Source: the human T2T-CHM13v2.0 reference genome, Homo sapiens
Strand: one strand, 5' to 3'
DNA: 64,000 nt
NCBI RefSeq assembly: GCF_009914755.1
Contig: NC_060930.1
Each line of letters starts with the position of its first letter. Within the stretch, counting starts at the first letter, position 1. Below are positions 13,550-29,072 of the stretch, in pieces. The position numbers were made by a program, and so were the translations under genes. The notes below the pieces were generated by a model, which ran no database searches, was not told the DNA's origin, and worked only from the letters and a program-made list of their open reading frames with translations.

Positions 13550-13997
13550 TATGATGGTTAATACTGAGTGTCAACTTGATTGGACTGAAGGATACAAAGT
13601 ATTGATCCTGGGTGTGTCTGTGAGGGTATTGCCAAAGGAAATTAACATTTGAGTCAGTGGGCTGGGAAAGGCAGACCCACCCTTAATCTGGGGGAGCACA
13701 ATCTAATCAGCTGCCAGCACGGCTAGAATATAAGCAGGCAGAAAAATGTGAAAAGAGAGACTGGCCTAGCCTCCCAGCCTACATCTTTGTCCCATGCTGG
13801 AAGCTCCCTGCCCTCGAACATCGGACTCCAGGTTCTTCAGTTTTGGAACTCGGACTAGCTCTCCTTACTCCTCAGCCTGCAGACAGCCAGCCTATTGTGG
13901 GACCTTGTGATCCTGTGAGTCAATACTGAAAAAACTCCCCTTTATATATATATACTTCTATTCCATTAGTTCTGTCCCTCTGGAGAACCCTAATACA
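13550..13997 (+). mobile_element. MLT2A1 solo LTR (HERV-L)
   Basis: 'gatggttaatactgagtgtcaacttgattgg...gttctgtccctctggagaaccctaataca'; 448 bp; TSD gctgg/gctag. Confidence 0.93.
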
Positions 13998-15149
13998 GCT
14001 AGAAACCATTTTTCATAGAGGACTTTAAAAAGCAGCACAAAAGCTGCTTTTTGAAAACTTAAAAACATTTTGAACGTTTGAAAGAAAAGACTATTAAAAA
14101 AAGAACTTATATTACAAAATGACTAGTTCCTGTAAATACATGAAGCAAAAATATATACACAAAATACAGTAATAGGATGACAGTGTGATTTTTGGTCTTT
14201 GTGTGTGTGTGTGTGTATTTAATGGACCAACAATTTCTCCTTTTTAGGGCCCTGGAATACTCTTCTGGAAAGGGTCTCCTCTGTTTCCTTTCTTGCTGTT
14301 CTCATCCTGCTCTGCTGATCTGCTTCTACCTGCCAGACACATGGGCCAGTACTCACATTGGACCAGTCATTTCTTGAGTTGTCCTCTATTGTGATATTAA
14401 TTGTGCAGCATTCTCAATCTGCTTCAAGATGCTCTAATTGTGGTTTTTGGGAGACAGGTTCATCAGTTGTCGGTGTTTCTTGAGCAGAGTACACGCAAGC
14501 GCTCAAAATGAGGTGCTCCAGTTCTGCAATTGTGTCCCCCAGGAATGGCCGGAAACACTTTCACCCTCTCTGTGTTCTTTTGTGAATATTGTGAGCATTT
14601 CTGTCTTTTAAGGAGAAGAGATGGAAAGACTCTTTTCTGGGCTGGGAGTCCTTAACTTCTTTTATTCTGTGCTCCCTTTGCCTCGCCATGAAATATCCCC
14701 ACCCCCAAGCCTGCGGTGTGGTTGGAACTGTTCCCATGAGGGTCACATTTTGTTTCTTGAACTGAGTGCCAGTTATAAAGGTGTATTCAGTTTGTGAAAT
14801 TCATTAAGCTGTATACTTGTGACTGCTGGATTTTTTTAAAAGCTTATTTTCAATGAAAATTTTTTTAAAAAATACTGCCTTCTGCCCTGCCAGGATTTTT
14901 CTGATTACTAGATTCATACATATTATAATGTAGCAGAAAAAAATATGGTTTCTAAGACATTCACATGTTACTTTCCCCAGACATTTGCAGACGTAGGTAA
15001 GACACATATTCAGCTTTAAAAACTTATAGGTTATTTCCCTTTAATCTGCCATAACTCATCTTAATCAGAGTAAATGAGTAACGTTACTAATATATTTGTG
15101 GAAGGCTCTGGAGAATGCAAAGTACCCTCAGCTGAAGGCTCTGCATCCA

Positions 15150-15420
15150 CACTTCCCTGCATGACCGTTCATCTCAGTCGGTCTCAGTGATGGACGGCAG
15201 GTCTTGGCATGTTATATAACAACTTAACTAACGGCCGCCATGCACGAAAGAGCAAACCGTCCTGTTGCCTAGTGACTATTATCCAAGGCAATCAAAGTAA
15301 ACAGCAAATGCCACAGATATTTTTGAACAGCTGTTTGTTGACCCAGATACAATATTTATATGGCTCGCTAGTTTCTCAGACAGAATTGGACCCTATCATA
15401 CCCTGCAGAACAGAAATTTG
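15150..15420. promoter_or_regulatory. Candidate enhancer/promoter with RFX and forkhead motifs
   Basis: Non-repeat DNA with several retained CpGs; X-box-like GTTGCCTAGTGAC at 15264-15276; GTAAACA at 15297-15303. Confidence 0.4.
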
Positions 15421-16089
15421 TTTTTCTTAATTATCCATCATTATTCCTGGAAATATTTTTTTTAACTAGGAACCTTTGAAAAGGAGTGATAATACGTTCC
15501 AATAGGAAATTCGAAAGCCCCTCAAGTTTTATTTTTAGTTCATGTTTAATAGAAATCTTTCCTGCAGATAAGCTTGTGAACTCCCGATAACCACTAGATT
15601 TTGTAACATTCCTTCCTGTGTCCAGCAGTATTTACATGTGACATTTACTTCGTGGCTAGAATAATCATAAGTTGGGGCAAAAGCATATTCACTTAAGTCT
15701 TCTCCAGTCATTATGCTGGGCATGTTGTACCCTGAAAAGATCATCCTAGACATTCCTCAAGGCTCAGAAGAGAAACGACTCCAGGAGGGCCCTTCCTAAT
15801 ACCATAGGACGAAGTTCCAAGTGCCCCTCTCCACAGGCACCTTGTCAAGTTGATTGCTGAATGAATGCATGGCTTTGTTCTACTTGTTAACACACTGTGT
15901 TGCAATTGTTGGTAGATTTTGTGTTGCCACAAAGACCAGGAGTTACTTGTCAAAGGGAAGTGGCAGATTAATTTTTGGAGCATCTTGACTGGGATACAAT
16001 ATGTGACCAATAGATTTTGAAGGGATGAAATAAGGCCTTTTTTCTGCTTGAACATATCTGATAACTTTGATTTAATACCTCTTAGAAAT

Positions 16090-16423
16090 GAATACAGACT
16101 GAATGTTGGTGTTTCCCGAAAAATCTTATGTTGAAGCCCTAATTTCCAATAGGATAGGGCCTTTGGGAGATAATTAGGTTTAGATGAGGTCATAGGGTAA
16201 GGCCCGCATAATGGAATTACTGTCCTTATAAAAAAGGAAGAGACCATAACACAGCAAAAAAGTGGTTGTCTGCAAGCCAAGAAGAGAGCCTTCACCAGAA
16301 CCCAACCAGGCTGCCACACTTAGCTCAGACTTCTAGCCTCCACAACTGTAAGAAATAAATTCCTGTTGTTTAAGCCACCAAGTCTATGATATTTTGTTAT
16401 TGCATCCCAAGATGACTAAGACA
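16090..16423 (+). mobile_element. MLT1A-type MaLR LTR
   Basis: 'gactgaatgt...gggcctttgggagataattaggtttagatgaggtc...aataaattcctgttgtttaagccacc...gactaagaca'. Confidence 0.88.
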
Positions 16424-16619
16424 AAAATCCATTTTTAAAAGTACAGGCCAAATAATTTATCTTTAAAAATTGATATTGTGTCATTTTAATGGAATGAATC
16501 CCTGTCTTACTTCTTATGTCAAAATATATTCCAAGTGAGATAAATATTTAAATATTAGAAGGAAATGAAGGAAGGAGAAAGGAAGGAAAGGAGAAAAGGG
16601 AAGCAAGCCATTAGAGACC

Positions 16620-17295
16620 CAGAGACCAATAATGGGAAATGTATTCATATTTTTTGAATGGGGGAAGTTTTCTAGGTACAATATAAAACTCAGAAACTCT
16701 AAAGGAAGATTTGTCATGTCAAAATTTAAAAAAAAAATGATCTGAGAATAACACCATACACAAAGTTTTTATTTAAGCATTACAATTTAACAAAAAACGG
16801 CAACCATTATGACAAAGGCCTAATTTCTGTAGTATAAAAGAAGGTCTCACAAATCAATTCAAAAATGATCAAAAAGAGAATAGTGAACAAAGGATACAAA
16901 AATCTATTTTATAGGGAAATAAACACATACGGTCAATAAGTATATAGAAAGATTTTTAATGTCACTAAAAATTAAGCAAAGGCAAATTAAAACTGCAAAA
17001 TGCCGTTTTCATTCACTACAGTTACAAAGATTACCAGTACACATTTGTTTGTTAGGAAGTGGAAAAAACAACCCTGTCATAAACTTTTGATAGAGCATAG
17101 ATTAGTGTTAGGAAGCTATCTGTCAGGATCTTCCAAACTTTTAAATGCAGATATACCTGACACTGCAATTACACTTCTAGGAATTGATAGTTCATTTATT
17201 TACTGACATAAATATATGTCCACTAATAGAAGGTTATTAGGTTACCAAACAGAAAAGAATAATGAGCATGTTTATTCTTATAATTAAAAAGTGTA

Positions 17296-17327
<32 letters not shown>

Positions 17328-17470
17328 AAATATATATAAGTGTAATTTGCTACAGTTGCCTCTGATTAAAGGAATACGGGGTAGAGATGTGAACTTTTAC
17401 ATTTTATTTTATAATCTTTGCTACCCTTTTTTAAGAAAGCCATACATTTTTATTATTTTATAATAAAAAA
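16620..17470 (+). mobile_element. Degenerate L1M fragments with a (TG)(TA) microsatellite
   Basis: 'gacaaaggcctaatttc', 'gcaaattaaaactgcaa', 'gcaattacacttctaggaatt'. Confidence 0.55.
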
Positions 17471-18912
17471 TGTCGTTAAAAGTATAGGAGTATATTGCCA
17501 CCCTACAACTCAGTAGAAATTAACAAAAGTGTGCCATCACTAAGTTATACAAAAAAACAAAATATTTAAAGAGGACAAGAGAACGATCCAAAATAAAATA
17601 ATTTCAGCAAAAATAAAAAGCTGGAAATTAAGGTGCTCGGGAAACAAATTGCACGTGTCAGGCAGTTGACAAGCCCCATCTATAAAGCAGGAACAGAAGG
17701 CCTGAAGCCCAGGTCATAGCTGTCACTCAAGCCCCCTTTCAATCACGAAAAGGCTTGTGTGGGGGGATGTGGAGCAAATGAATGAGTGTGCACATCAATC
17801 AAAGAGAAAGAGAAGCATTTTCTAAAGGCAAGGGTTGGGAGTAGAATGGTTTCAGAGGGAAAAAAATTATTTCCTACCAGTTTAAATGAGATCAAGAACA
17901 GGGTATGACCTCCAGTAAAGATTTTAAAAATAGATTCTTCATTTCAGAAAATTATCAGACCAAACCTTCTGTGTTTTCTTATTTTAAATTTAGGCTTCAT
18001 AAATAAGCAACAGATATATTTACACTTGTAGTGTCCACAAGTAGATGATGTTGGAATTGTGATGCCGAATTGGACCAAATATCCCAAATGGAATTTTCTG
18101 CACCAGCTGTAGAGCTGTAGCATTTCCTAAGGCCACACATTTTCTGTCTTCATCTTGGACAGTTTTCTCATGAGCAAAGTTTGTTCATTCCAAGGGAAAA
18201 ATGTATTTCAGTTGAAACAATAAGGTATCCCATGAGAAAAAGTTATATCTCAGACATACTTGGCTTAGGTTGATCTCAACCTCTCTAAAAAGAAAGTGCC
18301 CTCTAAATATCGATCCTTTTATATAAGAAGCTCCCTCTATGTGGCACCCTTCATGAAGGAGGAGAAATATGAAAAATTACAGCTTTCTTGTCTCTGTGGG
18401 CCAGATACCAGTAGAAATTGCTGCTACTGATTGAGGTGAACCAAACTCAGGATCAGAATGAAGCCCTTCTTTATTAGAGATGAACACAATGAAATACCTT
18501 GTAATTCATAAAGTTACATGTTTTGATTCTTTCTGGTTTTCCCCTTTCTTCCTCTCAGGCCTCTTAATGGTCACATGCCTACCTTTTTTTTGTATATTAC
18601 ATCATGCACAAATATACACACATGCACACATACAGTATTTAGTAAAAACATCCATCAAGACTTTGTTATAGTGTCTCACAATCTGTGATAACCTATCTAG
18701 TAAATAATGAGTTTCTAATAATAGAGTAGAAAAATTTCTGGGTGAATTTGCCATATAAATCACGTAGTGGTTTTTACCATCTGTATAGGGACCCATATGC
18801 CTATAACAGCAATAATTTCCCTGTTCATTAAATTCAGTTATGCCAACTCCTAGCCACCACTCACTGAGTAACAAGCACCAAAACTTTCATCACATAAAAA
18901 AAGGGCCTGCCA

Positions 18913-23256
<4,344 letters not shown>

Positions 23257-23824
23257 AAAAAAATGGCCTGCCATCCCTTGAAAACATGTAAAATGGGAAT
23301 AATTATTCCTAACTTAAATATCTTCATTGCTACATATGGCACAGAGTTATATAAAGATCACATTTTCAGGATGTTTAGTATCAAACATTTTGCAAATGTG
23401 AGGTATAGTAACTGCCATGCCATACCCAGAGATTATATTATTTATTATAATTTTTATATTATATACGTTCTATTATGTTATACAACAGATTTAAAATGAC
23501 CTTCTCCTGCTTACTTACGAGAGCTATTGATCTGCCTACTTTGCATTTATAATCTCTACAAACTTCCTTCACTCCTTGTCTAAAATCATTTTCTTCTTAT
23601 TGTTCATTATCAGTAGGGGCTTGAACACTGGCTTTGCTATTGAGCCAAGCACTCTAAAGACACAAAATAAAATAATTTCTTTCAAGAAGGTGGTTCAACT
23701 CTGCAGATTTAACTGTAAAACCATGGTAGGTTGCTCACCAATTCAGCCTGTTGTAGGATTGTAGAATTTCAAGGTAATCAGAGAATATGGGCTTTCACTT
23801 TCTACCTGCCATTCAATGCTTTGA

Positions 23825-23970
23825 GGAATGGACCCATGTGGATCATGGATTTATAGGTATTAAACTTGCTTCTCCTGCCACTGCTAGCCATAAAAAACAC
23901 AGTGTAACTGAAGTTTACCAAAACTAGCTGCTGTGTCTTTCATTTGCCCTCCAGATCCGCTCTTGCCTTG
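23825..23970 (+). repeat. 146-bp direct copy of 32638-32782
   Basis: 'ggaatggacccatgtggatcatgg...ccagatccgctcttgccttg' at both sites, about 7 differences. Confidence 0.97.
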
Positions 23971-25134
23971 TTTTATGACTGAACACCTGAAATGTTTTTA
24001 AAAGCAGTGTTTAAATAATTAATAAATAACAGTAATTTATTATTAAGTAATAAGTTGCTATTACTTTAATGTTGTGAATATATATATCTATATATGCAAG
24101 TAGAGGTACATGTATTTGTAGCAAAGAATTTGAAATAATACACACTAAAAAGGTAGTGTCTCTTGGAGATATCTTTATTTGTTTGGTTTTTTTGAGATAT
24201 CTAGTTTTTCTTCAGACTTGTTTTACTTGTGTTATCATAACAAACAATTTAACTACTGAAGATTTTTTAAAACATCCTTCTGTTGGTTGTAGATGCTAAT
24301 TTTTATGTTTCATAATTTCAATCATTGAGTGATGACACAATACATTTTACAAAACGTAACACGGAGCCTTATGAAAATAAAATTCTAGCTTCAATAATTT
24401 CATAACTTTTCTCTAATTATCTTTTCAAAAAGACTTTGGTAATGTGCTCTAAACATAGGAAATGTGAATTTTGAAAGCTATAGGCTGCTTAAAAATGAAA
24501 GTAATGGAAGTAAAAACATATATCACTAAGAAAAAATAAAAGGGACTTAACAGTTTTGTAATTATTTTATTAACAAAAGACGTTAAGCAAATTCACATGT
24601 GACAGTGGCTTGTGAACAAACCAGAAGTTCTTTCTTCAAAGTGAAAAAGGAAACAGTTTAGGAAATACTGAAGAGTGAAATCAAAAGAACAAGTTACACA
24701 TATACTACTTTTTTTTTCTCTTGGCTGCATTAATTGTAGTATTTGATCTTTAGTTCACATATACAGGGAAAGAGAGTCCAGTTAATTTATAGATGTTAAT
24801 TACAATCCTCTGATATGAATTTCAGTTTTGGTAGTGATGGAAGCTCCTTTAATTGGAGGCTTTCTGTAATTGCATGGCGAGTCTCTAAGTGTGGAATGGA
24901 TGAGATGAGAAAACACAAGCTAAAACCGTGCAAAAACACTTCTAGCAAATTAGTGATAACATTTTTATAAACATAATATTATTTTGATGGTTCCACTGAA
25001 AACTGTGATTTATTTAGAACATAGCACCACATGTGTTTTGCTCAGTAAAGAGTTGCATTTTCAGCTTGTCATCATATTCATTCAAGAAACATGTTGGTAA
25101 AACTGATTAGAAACCCCCCAACACTGCTTCTTTC

Positions 25135-25499
25135 TGTATTAGTCCATTTTCACACTGCTATAAAGACATACCTGAGACTGGGTAATTCATGAAGGAAAGA
25201 GGTTTAATTGATTTGCAGCTTCACATGGCTGAGATGGCCTCAGGAAACTTACAATAATGGGGGAAGGGGAAGCAGGCACCTTCTTCCCAAGGTGGCAGGA
25301 AAGAGAGAGAGAGAAAGTGAAGTGGGAAGAGCCCCTTATAAAACCATTAGATCTCATAAGAACTCATTCACTATCATGAGAACAGCATGGGGAGAACTGC
25401 CCCCATGATCCAATCACCTCCCACCAGGTCCCTCCTGGACACATGGGGATTACAGTTTGAAATGAGATTTGTGTGAGGACATAGAGCCAAACCATATCA
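25135..25499 (-). mobile_element. THE1D-like MaLR solo LTR
   Basis: 'tgtattagtccattttcacactgctataaag...gcctcaggaaacttacaa...gagccaaaccatatca'. Confidence 0.9.
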
Positions 25500-25649
25500 T
25501 CTCCATAGCCATACTTGGCATGGGGGAAATTAAAGAACTCAGTGAAAACACCAAAGCAAAAACAGTAGGGAGTACTACCAGTCCTATTCCCAGTAGTTTA
25601 AGCATTTTAAAAACTAAATCAGAATTTCTGTCTCATATACCTGACTTTT

Positions 25650-26770
25650 CTTGGTTAACATTTTTTGTGAAATAAAATACCTATACCAAAAAATGCACAA
25701 CAAAGGTATGTATAATACTTTGATTTATCACAAAGCAAACACTCTAATAATCTCTAGAAAAAATAGAATATTGCCTGTCATTCAGAAGCCCACACATGAT
25801 TCCATACATGATTACCATCCCTACCTTTCCTACCCCTCAAAGGTAATCAACTATCTTGACATTTAAATCAATCACATGCTTCCGTTAATAATATGAGTTT
25901 AATACCTAAGCACATATCCTTAAACACTACAGTTCAATTTTGCCTTGTTTCAAACTTTATGTAATTTAAATTGTATAGAATGTATCCTTTTGTGTCTGGG
26001 TTCTTTGGCTAAACATTGTGTTTTACAAAACCCACTTAATTGCATGGAGCTGTAGTTCTTTTAGTTTTATTGCTTTTAGAGTGTTTTTTTATACGTTTAT
26101 ACCACAATTTATTTTTGCCCTCAACTGTTGGTGAACTTTACAAATCACATTGCTATGAATATTCTTGAAGGTGTTTCTGGCTATACATAAACCCTCATTT
26201 CTAAAAGTGGAATTTGCTGATCAGAGGGAATGCATGTCTGCAACCATAACTCATCATCCCTAACCATCTTCCAAAGCAGTTGCTCCAATTTACACCTCCA
26301 GGAGCAGTGTGTGGGAGCCCCATGGCTCACATCCTCACCCACATTTGATATTGTAGCATCTGTAGTAGTCCTGTAAATGTTCTGCATCACAGCACTTTGT
26401 TGGTGACATATGTTGCTAGCACGTTTGCCCACTCTATGGATTGCTTTTTCACTCATTTAATAGTATCTTTTAAGGAACCAAAGATGGTAATTTTATTGTA
26501 GTAAAGTTTATCAATTTTTTATAGCTAATATTTTTGTGTCCTTTTTTTTAAAAAAAAATCTGTTCCTACCCTTGTATAATGAAGGTTTGTCATATCTTCT
26601 AAAAGTTTTATTATTTTGCTTTTTATATTCACATCTACAATATAGATAAAATTGATTTTTGTGTATGGTTTGAAATAGGATCCAATTTCTCTTTTTCTAA
26701 GTGGATATAGATTTATCCCAGCATTATTTATTGAAAAGACTATTCATTTTCCACTCCTCTATGATGCCAT
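25650..26770 (-). mobile_element. Old L1M fragments
   Basis: 'gtatccttttgtgtctgg', 'tgctccaatttacacctcc', 'gatttttgtgtatggt', 'ccagcattatttattgaaaagact'. Confidence 0.7.
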
Positions 26771-26771
26771 C

Positions 26772-27223
26772 TTTATTAGTTTCCTTGGGCTTCTGAAACA
26801 AAGTACCAAAAACAGAATGGCTTAAAACAATACGAATTTATTTGCTTTTAGTTCTGAGGCAAGAAATGTGAAAGCAAGCTGCTGTCAGTGCTGTGCTGTC
26901 TCTGCAGGCTCTAGGGGAGAATCCTGCTTTCCTTGCAACTTCTGGCAGTGGCTGGAGATCCTTGGTGCTCCTTGGCTTGCAGCTGCTGCACTCCATCCTC
27001 TGCCTGTGACAATCACATGATGATCTACCTGTGTGTCTCAAACTCTGTATCTAAATTTTCCTCTACCTCCAAGAACACTAGTCGTATTGTAGTTAGGGCC
27101 CACCCTAATTCAGTATGACCTCATCATAACTAAGACCCTATTTGCAAATGAGGTCACATTCACAGATAATGAGATTATGTGAGAATCACTGGGGGCCATC
27201 CTAGAGGCTAGCTGCCATAAACA
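26772..27223 (-). mobile_element. MLT1 (MLT1C-like) MaLR LTR
   Basis: 'attagtttcc...acaaagtacc...ggctctaggggagaatcc...tagggcccaccctaat...aggtcacattcacag'. Confidence 0.8.
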
Positions 27224-27236
27224 TGTAGCTTGGTAC

Positions 27237-28291
27237 TGTTGGGGGAATCCAGCCCCCGATATTCAACATGGGTCCTTTTCTATTTTCCCTAAGTGTTGGC
27301 TGGTCTGAGAAATAAAGGGAAAGAGTACAAAAGAGAGAAATTTTAAAGTTGGGTGTCCAGGGAAGACATCACATGTCGGCAGGTTCCGTGATGCCCCCAA
27401 ACCACAAAATCAGCAAGTTTTTATTAGTGATTTTCAAAAGGGGAGGGAGTGTACGAATAGGGTGTGGGTCACAGAGATCACATGCTTCACAAGGTAATAA
27501 AATATCACAAGGCACATGGAGGCAGGGTGAGATCATAGGACTGGGGCGAAATTAAAATTTCCAATGAAGTTTCAGGTACACATTGCCATTGATAACATCT
27601 TATCAGGAGACAGGGTTTGAGAGCAGACAACCAGTCTGACCAAAATTTATTAGGTGGGAATTTCCTTATCCTAATAAGCCTGGAAGCACTACGGGAGACC
27701 AGGGCTTATTTCATCCCTTATTAACAACCATAAAAGACAGACATTCCCAAAGTGGCCATTTTAGAGACCTCCCCTTGGGAACGCATTCTCCCTCTCAGGG
27801 ATGTTCCTTGTTGAGAAAAAGAGTTCAGCAGTATTTCTCCTATTTGCTTTTGAAAGAAGAGAAATGTGGCTCTGTTCCACCCAGCCCACAGGCAGCCAGA
27901 CTTTAAGGTTATCTCCCTTGTTTCCTGAACATCGCTGTTACCCTGTTCTTTTTTCAAGGTGCCCAGATTTCATATTGTTTAAACAATTTGTGCAGTTAGC
28001 ACAATCATCACAGGGTCCTGAGGCGACATTCATCCTCAGCTTATGAAGACGATGGGATTAAGAGATTAAAGACAGGCATAGGAAATCACAAGAGTATTGG
28101 TTGGGGAAGCGATAAATGTCCATGAAATCTTCACAATTTATGTTCAGAGATTGCAGTAAAGACAGGTATAAGAAATTATAAAAGTATTAATTTGGGGAAC
28201 TAATAAATGTCCATGAAATCTTCACAATTCATGTTCTTCTGCCATGGCTTCAGCCAGTCCCTCCGCTCAGGGTCTCTGACTTCCCACAACA
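27237..28291 (-). mobile_element. MER11 solo LTR (HERV-K11/HML-8)
   Basis: Reverse complement begins 'tgttgtgggaagtcagagaccc'; 1055 bp; internal repeat of about 90 bp (28066-28237); TSD ggtac on both sides. Confidence 0.93.
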
Positions 28292-28724
28292 GGTACCTTA
28301 GTACATGAATGATACATGAACACAAAGACGCATATGGTCATTCTCAAAAGAAATGAAGGTAAGTGTTCATCACAGTTGTTAAAAATATAGTCTTAAAATT
28401 TATATTTCTTGCAAACCCATCTTTTGTCTTTATACATAAATGCATAGATGTGAAAGATTTTTTAGAATGAACTCCTTTAGAAATAGTCTCCTGTATTTTA
28501 GAATTTGTTTAAATGTGTGGAAATACTGCTTATTTTTAGATAATGCTTATTTTAATTTTCTTTCTTTTTTATGTAACAAAAGAAAATAATTGAATTGTTA
28601 TACATACACATAAATGTTCATACATTCCCCCAAAAATAAATCATCTTCCTGGGAAAAATCACATGCCTGAATTAATATGTTCCTTAAAATGTAAGCAGTC
28701 ATTTAAAACTCAGGGTAGAAAAGG

Positions 28725-28870
28725 ATGTTAGACATGAAACTTTAATCTTTTCATTTTTAGAGCTGGGAAAGACCCAGAAAGGTAAGGTGATTTGCCTACT
28801 GTCACAGAGCTAGTAGCAGAGCCAGAGGTGAACCTAGGACTCCATACTCAACAGTCAAGTGTAAGTGTGC
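28725..28870 (-). mobile_element. MIR fragment
   Basis: 'ggtaaggtgatttgcctactgtcacagagctagtagcagagcc'. Confidence 0.55.
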
Positions 28871-28954
28871 CAACTGTACAATAGTCAATGAATGGCTTTC
28901 CTAGCAGTGCAAAATGTTTGATGAATAAAATGCTTTTAGTGAATAATGTTCTTT

Positions 28955-29072
28955 ATCTCTTGAGAACAAGATCTTGGTCCATCATCCAGGCTGGATTCCT
29001 GGACTCAAGGAATCCCCCCATCTCAGCCTCCTTAGTAGTTGAGACTACAGGTACTAGCCACTATGCCTGCCT
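28955..29072 (-). mobile_element. Alu monomer (FLAM)
   Basis: 'caggctggattcctggactcaag...tctcagcctcc...agtagttgagactacagg...gccactatgcctgcc'. Confidence 0.8.

Noticed and set aside
14027-14052. Hairpin aaaaagcagc/gctgcttttt resembling an intrinsic terminator
   Set aside because: A 10-bp stem, half of it A/T run, is expected by chance, and bacterial terminators are irrelevant in primate DNA.
15741-16319. 192-aa minus-strand ORF
   Set aside because: The first part is antisense MLT1A LTR, the start is non-ATG, and there is no recognisable domain.
28066-28237. Repeat of about 90 bp as a fifth local duplication or CRISPR-like array
   Set aside because: Internal tandem repeat that is part of MER11 structure; no spacers.
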